From: Candidatus Eiseniibacteriota bacterium
GTDB lineage: Bacteria > Eisenbacteria > RBG-16-71-46 > CAVPCR01
Assembly (NCBI GenBank): GCA_963702435.1
Contig: CAVPCR010000001.1
Location: 1,408,001-1,472,000, forward strand
Length of the DNA: 64,000 nucleotides
Direction of reading: 5' to 3'
Made by a program: the position numbers and the translations under genes. The notes under the pieces were generated by a model, which was not told the DNA's origin, made no database searches, and saw only the letters and a program-made list of their open reading frames with translations. Shown here in pieces: positions 1 through 9,233 of this stretch. Every line of letters starts with the position of its first letter. The stretch's first letter is position 1.

Positions 1-1547
1 AGCACCGTGATTCCGCGGAAGCGCGCCGGCGACGCGCAGTGCGTCATCTGCCCCGCCTGACCCGGCTGACCCTTGCCGCAGCCCATGATGCCGAAGTCGC
101 GCCCGTGGTCGCGATCGCCGACCGCGTCGCAGGCCCCCCAGAATTCCGGCGTCACCGACTGGTAGATCACGTTCTTGAGCATCCGCGCGCGCTTCCCGTC
201 CACGATCTCCCAGAAGGCGTCGCCGCCGAACTGCATGTTCCAGCGCCGCTGATCGATCGAGAACGAGCCCTGGCCCTCGATGTAGATGCCGCGCCTGGTG
301 TCGGCGATGAGATCGGCGAGCTTCGCGTCGCCCGGCTCGAGACCGACATTGGCGATGCGCACGATCGGAATCGACGCCCAGGAGTCGGCGCGACAGGAGC
401 CGTGCGAACGCGGGAAGCCGAGCTTCGCCGCCACCTCGCGATTGTCCGAGTAGCCGACGAAGATCCCCTCGCGCACGATGTCCCAGCGCTGGCCGGCGAC
501 TCCCTCGTCGTCAAAGCCGACCGCGGCCAGGCTCTCCGGGCGCGTGTTGTCGGCCACGATGTTCACGACCGGCGATCCGTACTGGAAGCTCCCCCGCTTG
601 TCGGGCGTGAGAAAGCTGGTGCCCGCGTAATTGGCCTCGTAGCCGAGCGCGCGATCGAGCTCGGTCGAATGCCCCGCGCTCTCGTGGAGAACGAGCGCCA
701 GGTGCTCGGGATCGAGGATCAGATCGCAGGCCCCGGCGGCGGGCTCGGCAGCCGCGAGCTTCTCCACGGCCTCGGCCGCCACCCGCTCCGCATGCCCGCG
801 GAGATCGCCGGCGAGGATGTGCTCGTAGCCCCCGTTCCGCGGGGTGATCGCGTAGCTCCGGCTCTGGCTGTCGCCGGCGTCCACGGCAGAGGCGGTCTCC
901 TCGGCCATCGCGCGCACGATGACGGACTCGATGAGCGACCCCTCGAGCGAGGCGAAGAGCTGCTCCCGGCGCGTGAAGTACATGGATGCCGTCGCCACCT
1001 TGATCGACGCGGTCTTCTTCAGGGCGGCGTTCGTCGCGAGGAGGAGCGCGATCTTCTCCGCGAGCGGCACCGTGAACGGATCGGTCGCGCAGGGTGAGCT
1101 GTAACGCACATCCTTGTGCACGGGCTCGGGGGCGAGGACGACCGGCTCCTGGATCGCGAGCGCCGAGGCGCGAGCCACGGCGACCGCCTGGCGCGCCACG
1201 CGCTCCACCTCGGCGGCGGTCAACACGTTCGACGCGGCGAAGCCCCAGGCGCCGCGGTCGAGCACCCGCACACCGAAGCCGAGGCTCTCCTCGTCCGTGA
1301 TCGACTCGACCCGTTCGTCCCGCGCCGCGAGGCGCTGGCTCCGGTAGTTCCCGATCCGGATGTCGCCGTACCCGGCGCCGAGCTTCCGGAGCACATCGAG
1401 CGCGGTTCCGGCGAGAACGCGGGCGCCCGCCGGCGGGTCGAAGAGCGAGGCGGCGGCCAGCGCGCCGCGGGGAATCGCCTGGTACGCGACGGTGAGACCT
1501 GCAACCCGGAGAAATGTCCGGCGATCGAGCGCCAGCGTTCCATCCAT
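1..1547 (-). CDS. tldD: TldD/PmbA-family metalloprotease with Tat signal peptide (3' end outside window; absent from ORF track)
   Basis: Manual translation from ATG at 1547: MDGTLALDRRTFLRVAG...; HESAGH metal motif; RADSW..IPIVRIANVGL; SFSIDQRRWNMQFGG; C-terminal CGKGQPGQ. Confidence 0.9.
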   Translation of the reverse strand, partial: MDGTLALDRRTFLRVAGLTVAYQAIPRGALAAASLFDPPAGARVLAGTALDVLRKLGAGYGDIRIGNYRSQRLAARDERVESITDEESLGFGVRVLDRGAWGFAASNVLTAAEVERVARQAVAVARASALAIQEPVVLAPEPVHKDVRYSSPCATDPFTVPLAEKIALLLATNAALKKTASIKVATASMYFTRREQLFASLEGSLIESVIVRAMAEETASAVDAGDSQSRSYAITPRNGGYEHILAGDLRGHAERVAAEAVEKLAAAEPAAGACDLILDPEHLALVLHESAGHSTELDRALGYEANYAGTSFLTPDKRGSFQYGSPVVNIVADNTRPESLAAVGFDDEGVAGQRWDIVREGIFVGYSDNREVAAKLGFPRSHGSCRADSWASIPIVRIANVGLEPGDAKLADLIADTRRGIYIEGQGSFSIDQRRWNMQFGGDAFWEIVDGKRARMLKNVIYQSVTPEFWGACDAVGDRDHGRDFGIMGCGKGQPGQAGQMTHCASPARFRGITV

Positions 1548-1628
1548 GGGTGAACCGCCGATCGCGGTGCGCCGCGCGCGCCGGCCGCGTTCCAGTTCTG
1601 GGTCCAGCTTTGCTCTCTGGCCTTCTTG

Positions 1629-2093
1629 CTAGCCGGCGCTCGCCGGCGCCGGCTGCACGACCACCTTGGGCTCGAGCGTGATCGCCGAGTTCATCGAGTT
1701 CGAGATGAGGCAGTACTTCTCGGCCTTCTCGATCAGCTCGAGCGCCTTCGCCTCATCCGCCGCCTCGTAGACGGCGATCTCGGGCGCGAGCACGATCTCG
1801 GTGATCGCGAGCTTCGAGTCGGCGCGCTGCGTGAGACGCCCGGTCGCCCCGGCGTGAAATCCGGCGAGACGGAGCCGCGCCTTCTCTGCGAGCGAGAGGA
1901 AGGTCGTCATGAGACAGGAGAGCGCCGCAGCGACGAAGAGATGCTCGGGGCTCCAGATGCCCGGATGGCCCTTGAACTCCGGGGGCGTCGCCACCTCGAC
2001 GGGCGGCAGGCCGGGGGACTCGAGCCGTCCCTTCTTCTCACCGGACCAGGTGACACTGCACGCGTAGCGATGTTCGATGGCCGACATGGGCAT
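1629..2093 (-). CDS. OsmC/Ohr-family protein
   Basis: PPEFKG..WSPEHLFVAAALSC and AEKYCLISNS two-Cys motifs; GAGGAGGA RBS. Confidence 0.9.
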   Translation of the reverse strand: MPMSAIEHRYACSVTWSGEKKGRLESPGLPPVEVATPPEFKGHPGIWSPEHLFVAAALSCLMTTFLSLAEKARLRLAGFHAGATGRLTQRADSKLAITEIVLAPEIAVYEAADEAKALELIEKAEKYCLISNSMNSAITLEPKVVVQPAPASAG

Positions 2094-2105
2094 GTCCTCC
2101 TCGGC

Positions 2106-2624
2106 TCAGTGCGCCGCGACGCACGCGACCCGCCAGGAGCCCTCTTCCAGGGCGAGCCGGACCACGAGCTTCTCGCGCATCACGTCGCCGCCGGCGCGAT
2201 GCGTCCACTCGATCTCGGCCTCCGGCGGCGACTCCTCCTTCCACTCGAAGCGCACGACGCGGAACTCGGTGGTGCCGCCGTAGTGCAGGAGATCCTCGAT
2301 CAGGTAGGCCGCCTGGCTCGGCGGGAAGTGGCCTCCCGGCGGTCCGGCACGATGGAGTGCGATCTCGATCGAGCGCTCGGACATGCAGGCGAGGACCGAG
2401 TCGCTCGCGCCGGCGAGCCAGGCCCGCTCGAAGGCGGCGAGCACCGCCAGGGGACTCGCCGCCGCCGGCGCGCCGCGGAGCGTGTCGTCCGCCGCCGGCG
2501 CGGCCGGCGCAGCCGGTGATGCCGGCGCCGCCGGCGCGGCCGTGACCTGGGGCTCCGCCAACGCCTCTCCGCGGCTCCACGAGAGCACGACAAGACACGC
2601 CACGACCGGGATGATCGACTTCAT
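2106..2624 (-). CDS. Exported hypothetical protein (Ala/Pro linker, NTF2-like C-terminal domain)
   Basis: Signal peptide, co-oriented in operon, GAGGAGGGAGG RBS. Confidence 0.65.
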   Translation of the reverse strand: MKSIIPVVACLVVLSWSRGEALAEPQVTAAPAAPASPAAPAAPAADDTLRGAPAAASPLAVLAAFERAWLAGASDSVLACMSERSIEIALHRAGPPGGHFPPSQAAYLIEDLLHYGGTTEFRVVRFEWKEESPPEAEIEWTHRAGGDVMREKLVVRLALEEGSWRVACVAAH

Positions 2625-2649
2625 GCCCTCCCTCCTCGCGACAGGACGA

Positions 2650-3120
2650 TCACCAGCGATGGTACGCGGGGTGTCCCGGCTTGACGGCCACGAAGACGCC
2701 CCGCGCGGTGGCGCACACCTGGCCGTCCGCCTCGAGCGTGGATTCGACCACGGCGCGATCGGCGTTCGACTCGACGACCCGCGCCCGCAGATGCAGCGCC
2801 ACGTGGCTCGGACAGGGGCGGCGCAGCTTCACGGCGTACTCGGCGGTCACGGTGCAGGGAGGGTGCGTGGCACCCGCCGCGCGCATCAGGTGGTAGGTCG
2901 CCGTCCAGTTCATGTGGCAGTCGAAGAGCGCACCGATGATGCCGCCGTTCACGACGCCGTCGAACGCCTGATGGTGCGGCGCCGGCTGCCACGTGGCGTG
3001 GACCTCATCGCCCGCGGCGAAGCTCTTGATGCGGAGACCCTGGGCGTTGGCAGGCCCGCATCCGAAGCAGATGTTCGCCGGGGCGTATCGATCCTGGAGG
3101 CTGGGGTCGCTCATATCCAT
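2650..3120 (-). CDS. PaaI/hot-dog thioesterase
   Basis: CFGCGPAN..GL and GVVNGGIIGALFDCH motifs; true start is internal to the listed ORF. Confidence 0.85.
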   Translation of the reverse strand: MDMSDPSLQDRYAPANICFGCGPANAQGLRIKSFAAGDEVHATWQPAPHHQAFDGVVNGGIIGALFDCHMNWTATYHLMRAAGATHPPCTVTAEYAVKLRRPCPSHVALHLRARVVESNADRAVVESTLEADGQVCATARGVFVAVKPGHPAYHRW

Positions 3121-3152
3121 GACAATACCATTCGCGTTCCCGCGCTCGCGGC

Positions 3153-4244
3153 TCAGGGCGGCGACAGGGGATAGACCCGCCCGGTCCGCGCCGTCAGGTC
3201 CACCTCGGCCGCCCACGCCGCGCCCCCGATCCGTCCGCGCACGCGATAGAGACCGGGCGCGATCTCGACGGGCGGCGCGGCAGCGACGAAACCCGGGAGC
3301 CCCGCGGCCTGGATCTCGCGCGCCCAGGCGAGCGGCCGCCCGTCCGGCTCGACGAGGAGATAGCTCCCGTCGAGGAGCAGCCAGGCTGCGGCCACCATGG
3401 ACTCGGCCGCCGGGTACTCCCACGGTGCGAGCACATGATGCCCGACGTGGAGACCCGGGATCGTCTCCCCGGCGAGAGCGCGAGCGACCAGGTCCGGCCA
3501 CGGCGAGAAGCCACGGCGGTCGTTCCAGACCTGGTTCTCGTAGAAGACCGCCGGTGCTGCGAGCCGGACCGAGCCGTTGATCATCACCGGGCGGCGGTCC
3601 GCCACGGTGTCGATGAGGGATTGCATGTTCGCCGCCCACAGCGCGACGCGGTGCGGGTGCTCTGCGGGCGGCCAGGGCCAGCGGTCGCCCTCGCGGATCA
3701 TCCAGTCGGCGAGGGTGTCGAAGGTCAGGTCGAGGAACACCCGGTCGGCGCCGATCGAATCCGCCCAGGCGGCGACGATGCGGGCGACCCCGGCGCTCAC
3801 CTCGCTCCGCGTGTGATCGATGATCGCGTCGGGGTGCTCGGGGTTCGAGAAGGCGTAGCCGACGCCGAGGACCCGGCCCTGGGTGTCGGTGAGGAAGCGA
3901 TCGAGCTCGGCGTAGAAACCGCCCCACGACGGATAGAGGGGATCGGTGGCGAAGACGTTGAAGTACCGGATGCTCTCGAGCCCGGACGCTTCGAGACGCG
4001 CGACCTGATCCTCGTGGGATCCGGGGTGGCCGTAGAGGAAGGCGTCGAAGCCGCGGACGAGCGTGTCGAGAGCGGCCGGATGCGCGAAGGGGTCCATCTC
4101 GAGCGCGACGGCGAGATGGCGCGACGGAGCCGCCGGGTCGGGACCGGGCGTGACGGCATCATCCGCCGTGCAGGCGGCGACGAGGAGGATGAGGCAGGCG
4201 CCGAGGCCCGCCCGCGCCGGACGATGCATGACCGCAGGGATCAT
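3153..4244 (-). CDS. Lipoprotein, possible TIM-barrel glycoside-hydrolase-like
   Basis: Lipobox LVAA-C; VFLD and FYEN motifs resemble the acid pair of GH114/GH166-like barrels (inference). Confidence 0.55.
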   Translation of the reverse strand: MIPAVMHRPARAGLGACLILLVAACTADDAVTPGPDPAAPSRHLAVALEMDPFAHPAALDTLVRGFDAFLYGHPGSHEDQVARLEASGLESIRYFNVFATDPLYPSWGGFYAELDRFLTDTQGRVLGVGYAFSNPEHPDAIIDHTRSEVSAGVARIVAAWADSIGADRVFLDLTFDTLADWMIREGDRWPWPPAEHPHRVALWAANMQSLIDTVADRRPVMINGSVRLAAPAVFYENQVWNDRRGFSPWPDLVARALAGETIPGLHVGHHVLAPWEYPAAESMVAAAWLLLDGSYLLVEPDGRPLAWAREIQAAGLPGFVAAAPPVEIAPGLYRVRGRIGGAAWAAEVDLTARTGRVYPLSPP

Positions 4245-4300
4245 GGACGATCCCTCCGGGGGGCCAAGGGATGGATGTGCGCGCCGCGCCAGGCCGGGGG

Positions 4301-5284
4301 CTAGGCCGGACGCGCCGCCGGGCGCTCGCCGCGCCGCCGGCCCTCACGGCCCGCATCGCGCGCCGAGCGCCACTTCTCCCAGGTCACGACCAGCGCGCTC
4401 GCCACGAAGACCGACGAGTAGGTCCCCCAGACCACACCGATCAGGAGGGTGAACGCAAAGTCGTGGATCACGGTGCCGCCGAAGATGAGCAGCGCGATGA
4501 GCGAGAGGGTGGTGGTCAACCCGGTGAGCATGGTGCGGCTCAAGGTCAGGTTGACCGCCCGATTGATCACCTGATCGAGCGGCTCGCGGCGGTGGGCCTT
4601 CAACTCCTCGCGGATCCGGTCGTAGACGACGATCGTGTCGTTGATCGAGTAGCCGGCGATGGTGAGGAGGGCGGCCAGCACGGTCAGCGACACCTCCTTG
4701 TCGAGGATCGAGAGGACGCCGAGGGTCAGGATGACGTCGTGGAAGAGGGCGATCACGGCGCACACGGCGAAGGAGAGCCCGGGGAAGCGGAGCGCGATGT
4801 AGATGAGCATGAGCGCGAGGGCGACGAGCACCGCCTTGGTCGCCTTGTCGCGGAGCTCGCTCCCGATCTTGGGTCCGACCGTCTCCTGGCGGCGGAGCTC
4901 GCTCCCGACATCGGGCAGCCGCTTCTTGATCGCGTAGTCGATCAGTCCATAGGGATTCGCGATCTCGCCCTGGAGGAGCTCGCGGGTCTTGGCCGTCACC
5001 TCCGCCTCGGGCAGACGGAAGATGTAGTCGTTCTCGGCCCCGACCTTCTGGATCTCGGCGCCGCCGAGCCCGATGTCGGCCATCGCCGCGCGCAGGTCGG
5101 CCGTCTCCACGGGCTTGTCGAAGCGCACCTCGACGAAGCTCCCGCCGGTGAAGTCGACCGAGTACCTGGGACCGCCGTGAGCGATGAGCGAGCCGATCGC
5201 GATCAGCGTGGCGATCGCGGAGATCGCCAGCGCGAGATTGCGCCTGCCCATGAAATTGAAGTTCGTGTTGACCAGGAACTGCAT
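4301..5284 (-). CDS. secF: Protein translocase subunit SecF
   Basis: DFTGG, VGPKIGSEL, GYSINDTIVVYDRIRE, TLSRT motifs; start MQFLVN at 5284. Confidence 0.97.
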   Translation of the reverse strand: MQFLVNTNFNFMGRRNLALAISAIATLIAIGSLIAHGGPRYSVDFTGGSFVEVRFDKPVETADLRAAMADIGLGGAEIQKVGAENDYIFRLPEAEVTAKTRELLQGEIANPYGLIDYAIKKRLPDVGSELRRQETVGPKIGSELRDKATKAVLVALALMLIYIALRFPGLSFAVCAVIALFHDVILTLGVLSILDKEVSLTVLAALLTIAGYSINDTIVVYDRIREELKAHRREPLDQVINRAVNLTLSRTMLTGLTTTLSLIALLIFGGTVIHDFAFTLLIGVVWGTYSSVFVASALVVTWEKWRSARDAGREGRRRGERPAARPA

Positions 5285-5319
5285 CGGAGTGAACCCCTCG
5301 TTCTCGGCGCCCCGGCGCC

Positions 5320-6882
5320 CTAGATGCTCAGCGTCTCCAGGCGACGCCGGCTCGTGATCAGATCGAAGACCATCCGCGTGAAGAGCACCGCGGTCAGCAT
5401 GTTGGCAATGAGGCCGATGGACAGGGTCACCGCGAAGCCCTTGATCGGCCCGGTGCCGTACTGGAAGAGGACGAGCGCCGCGATGAGCGTCGTCATGTTC
5501 GAGTCGACGATGGTGATGAAGGCCCGGCTGTACCCGGAGTCGATCGCCGCCCGCACCGTCTTGTGGTTCCGGATCTCCTCCCGGATGCGTTCGTAGATGA
5601 GCACGTTGGCGTCGACCGCCATGCCGATCGTGAGGATGATGCCGGCGATGCCGGGGACCGTGAGGGTGCCGCGGAGCGCGGCCAGCCCGGCGAACAGCAG
5701 GAACATCTGGAGGACCATGGCGACTACGGCCAGCGCGCCCGACGCCTTGTACCAGAAGACCATGAAGATAGCGGTCGCGATCGCCGCCACGGCGGCGGCG
5801 ACGAGGCTCGAGTGCACCGAATCGCGCCCGAGCGACGGGCCGACCGTCCGCTCCTCGGCGATCTTCACGTTCACCGGCAGGGCGCCCGCCCGGAGCACGG
5901 TGGCGAGGACCAGCGCCTCCTGGTCGTTGAAGCTGCCGGTGATCGAGGCGCGCCCGCCGGGGATCCGCTCGCGGATGACCGGCGCCGAGCGCACGACTCC
6001 GTCGAGCACGATCGCGAGGTGGTTGCCGACATTGGCCTTGGTCACCTGGGCGAAGCGGGTGGCGCCGCGGTTCGAGAAGGTCATGGTCACGCCGGGCGCG
6101 TTCGGGCGCTCGAGGTCCAGATCGAAGCGGCGCTCGGCATTGGTGACGAGATCGCCCGAGAGCTCCACGGTCCGGTTCACGAACTGGAGGATGCGGCCCG
6201 ACGCGTCGCCGATCGTCTTCGGCTCGAGCTCCCACAGGGGCTCCGCCTCGGGGAGCTGCACCCCGGCCTCCCTGGCCCGGGTGAGGAGCGCGGACACCGC
6301 CGGCACGTCCACATCGCGCACGAAGGCGCCGGTCGGCACCCCGTACTGCGGGTTGTAGAAGACGGCGAACTTCCCGGAGAAGGGACGCGTGTCGGCCGAA
6401 TCGACGCCGGCCCCGCGGAGCGCGAGCTCGCGATCGAGGCGGGTGACCACGTTGTTGGCGACCGCGGGCGGCACCACGATGCGGAACTCGAGGCGCGCGG
6501 TCGACCCGATCAGGTTCCTGACCGCCGCCTCGTCCTGCACGCCGGCCAGGTCGACGACGATGCGGTCCGCGCCCTGCTTCTGGATCACCGGCTCGGCCAC
6601 GCCGAACTGGTCGACGCGGTTGCGGAGGATCTCGACCACCCGATCGAGCGCGTCCGCCGCCTGGTCTTTCGGCACCTGCGTCAGGTCGGCCTCGAGCACC
6701 ACGTGCATCCCGCCCAGGAGATCGAGCCCGAGGTGGATGATCTTCCCGCGCACGTCCTTGGCCGCGAACTGCTGCTCCGGCGTCATCCGGAAGTAGTAGT
6801 TGTAGGTCGGCCAGAGGTAGTACGCGCCGATCGCGAAGACCGCGATGACCAGGATCAGCTTCCAGCGTGTCGTTGCACCCAT
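5320..6882 (-). CDS. secD: Protein translocase subunit SecD
   Basis: LGLDLLGG, RNRVDQFGVAEP, VGPSLG, GMAVDANVLIYERIREE. Confidence 0.97.
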   Translation of the reverse strand: MGATTRWKLILVIAVFAIGAYYLWPTYNYYFRMTPEQQFAAKDVRGKIIHLGLDLLGGMHVVLEADLTQVPKDQAADALDRVVEILRNRVDQFGVAEPVIQKQGADRIVVDLAGVQDEAAVRNLIGSTARLEFRIVVPPAVANNVVTRLDRELALRGAGVDSADTRPFSGKFAVFYNPQYGVPTGAFVRDVDVPAVSALLTRAREAGVQLPEAEPLWELEPKTIGDASGRILQFVNRTVELSGDLVTNAERRFDLDLERPNAPGVTMTFSNRGATRFAQVTKANVGNHLAIVLDGVVRSAPVIRERIPGGRASITGSFNDQEALVLATVLRAGALPVNVKIAEERTVGPSLGRDSVHSSLVAAAVAAIATAIFMVFWYKASGALAVVAMVLQMFLLFAGLAALRGTLTVPGIAGIILTIGMAVDANVLIYERIREEIRNHKTVRAAIDSGYSRAFITIVDSNMTTLIAALVLFQYGTGPIKGFAVTLSIGLIANMLTAVLFTRMVFDLITSRRRLETLSI

Positions 6883-6984
6883 GATCGCTCGAATCCGTTG
6901 GCTAGGGGCGACGCCCTGCGGCCGCGCCCGCGTGATCGGTTGTCGGCATGAACCACGATGTTGGAGGGACGCCGGCGCGCGCCG

Positions 6985-7770
6985 TCATGCCCTCATGGCC
7001 CGGACCAGAGGACCGCCCGCGCACGCGGTCCGCATGAGGCCCAGGAACTCGCGCACCGCCGCGTCGACGCCGACGAGCACGGACCGGGCCACCAGGGCGT
7101 GGCCGATCTCGAACCCGTGCACTGCGCCCAGCGCGAACAGCGCTTCGCCATTCCGATAGTCGAGGCCCTCGGCCACCCGCACGCGGAGGCCGAGCTTCTG
7201 CGCGTACTCGGCTGCGTTCTGGATCATCTCCCGTTCGCGGGCCTCGTCGGGCATTCCGTACTGCGCGGCGTAAGCGCCCGCGTGCAGGCTCACCGCCTGT
7301 ACCCCGAGCCCGGCCGCCGCCTTGACCAGATCGAGATCCGGCTGGATCAAGAGGCCGGTGCGGATCCCGGCCTGGCGCAGCGTCTCGACCGCGGCGCGGA
7401 GACCGTCCTCCTTGCCGCCGCCGATCGCGCCGCCGCCGGCAGCCCCGGCTCCACCGCCGCTCACGCCGGCGCCCGCCGCGGCCTCGCCGCCGGGCACCAG
7501 GTTCACCCAGTCGGGCCGCAGCGCCTCGGCGATGACGAGGAGCGCGTCGCGCGGCGCGATGGTCAAGGTGAGCGAGGTCTTCACGGTCTCCTTGAGCACG
7601 CGGACGTCGCGATCCTGCACGTGCCGCCGATCCTCGCGCAGCTGGACCGAGATGCCCGCGGCACCGGCCGCCTCGGCAACCGCCGCGACCTGCACCGGAT
7701 CGGGGTCGAGCGCACGGCCGCCTTCCCGGAGGAGCGCCACGCTGTCCAGATTGACGATCAGCTCAGGCAT
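6985..7770 (-). CDS. pdxJ: PdxJ (PNP synthase)-like protein with substituted catalytic residues
   Basis: PDPV, LREDRRHVQDRDV and IGHALVARSVLVG match the PdxJ fold, but key His/Glu positions are replaced (see findings). Confidence 0.85.
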   Translation of the reverse strand: MPELIVNLDSVALLREGGRALDPDPVQVAAVAEAAGAAGISVQLREDRRHVQDRDVRVLKETVKTSLTLTIAPRDALLVIAEALRPDWVNLVPGGEAAAGAGVSGGGAGAAGGGAIGGGKEDGLRAAVETLRQAGIRTGLLIQPDLDLVKAAAGLGVQAVSLHAGAYAAQYGMPDEAREREMIQNAAEYAQKLGLRVRVAEGLDYRNGEALFALGAVHGFEIGHALVARSVLVGVDAAVREFLGLMRTACAGGPLVRAMRA

Positions 7771-7820
7771 GCTCGATCCTCGCCGGCATCTTGATCCCGC
7801 GTGCTCGGCTCATCCCGCCC

Positions 7821-9023
7821 TCACAACGACCCGGCGACCGCGGCCGGCGTGCGCGCCGGCACCAGCTTCGACACCGGCACCAGCTCGATCCCGCGCGCAG
7901 CGAACTCGGGCAGCGCCGCCGAGAGCGCGGCGAGAGTCTGCGGATAGCAGTGCCCGACGGCCACGACCTCCCCTTCCTCGACGGCGACGTCCATCAGTCG
8001 GGCGAGCCGCCGGGCGACGTCGGCCTCTGACATGTCGTCGTCGTCGATGAAGAGCGTGCTCGCGATCGCGCGCACGCCGAGCTGGCGCGCCAGCTCGATC
8101 GCGCGCGACTGCGTGGTCGAGCGGCTGTCCACGAAGAAGAGATCGCGGCGATTCACCTCGTCGAGGACCACGCGCATGAGATCCGCGTCTGTCGTGGCCA
8201 TCGCTCCCATGTAGCTCACGATCCCCTCGACTTCGCCCACCGAGCTCAATGCATGCCGCATGCGCGCCCGGACCTCGGCCGCGGTCAGGTCCACCGTGAT
8301 GGCGTCCGGTCCCGGGTTCACCTGGGGGTAGCCCTTGGGCTCCATCGGCAGCGACAGCATCACCTCGATGCCCCGGGCCCGCGCCGCGTTCGCGATCTCC
8401 TTCGAGCTGCGGAGCCCCGGCAGCACGCCCCAGGCGATCGGCTGCTCGAAGTCGAGCATGGCTTCCGCGGTCGCGTCCCAGTCGGTCCCGATCCCGTTGA
8501 TGATGAGCGCGACGCGCCCGCTGGCCGAGCCCGTCTCGGCCTCGCGCGTGAACACGAGCCGATACCGCTCCCCGTCCTTCGTGCCGAGCTTCATCTCGAG
8601 CTGGGCCCCCGCCGGTCCGTCCTCTTCCCACGCATCGAGCACCTCGACGCCGAGATCGGGAGCGACCCCCGCCACCGCCATGTTCACCCGGACCAGGGAA
8701 ACCCTGGCCGGCACCGGGACATCCCAGCGCTCCACCCGCCCGCGGCCCGTGATCACCTCGGCCGACTCCTGGCGCTGGATCCCGGCCATCGAGATACCGA
8801 GCGGCTTGAGCGCCCCGGCGAGCCCCGCGACCGCCGGCGACTCCTCGGCCTCGGGGTCGCTACTCACGATCCGCCCGAGCACGTTCGTGGCGCCGCTGCC
8901 CTTCCGGGCGGCGATGTCCTTCCAGGCCCCGTCGTGAATGATGCCAACGAGCTTGATGCCCAGGAGGAGGACGAGCGCCGCGACGCCGATGAGTGCCGCG
9001 GTCTGGGCAGGCGAGGGCCGCAT
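7821..9023 (-). CDS. Membrane-anchored divergent polysaccharide deacetylase family (YibQ/DUF610-like), metal ligands altered
   Basis: N-terminal TM segment; LPMEPKGYP.VNPGP, FFVDSRS, AVGH motifs; start uncertain. Confidence 0.85.
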   Translation of the reverse strand: MRPSPAQTAALIGVAALVLLLGIKLVGIIHDGAWKDIAARKGSGATNVLGRIVSSDPEAEESPAVAGLAGALKPLGISMAGIQRQESAEVITGRGRVERWDVPVPARVSLVRVNMAVAGVAPDLGVEVLDAWEEDGPAGAQLEMKLGTKDGERYRLVFTREAETGSASGRVALIINGIGTDWDATAEAMLDFEQPIAWGVLPGLRSSKEIANAARARGIEVMLSLPMEPKGYPQVNPGPDAITVDLTAAEVRARMRHALSSVGEVEGIVSYMGAMATTDADLMRVVLDEVNRRDLFFVDSRSTTQSRAIELARQLGVRAIASTLFIDDDDMSEADVARRLARLMDVAVEEGEVVAVGHCYPQTLAALSAALPEFAARGIELVPVSKLVPARTPAAVAGSL

Positions 9024-9233
9024 GCGAGGATGCGTCCTGGCTCGACCCTTGGCGTTTGCCACGGACTTCCTTCCAGGAACGGCCGGACTCCGGCCGCAAC
9101 AATCGCGAAGGGAAGAGGCTAGCGGCCTCCGCCCGCTTCCGTCAAGGCCGGACCGGCTCGCCCCGGCCGTTCGGGGGGGGTACCCCCCGGAGCTTCCCGG
9201 GGCGCCGGTGGCGGCCCGCCCCGGCCTCAAGCA

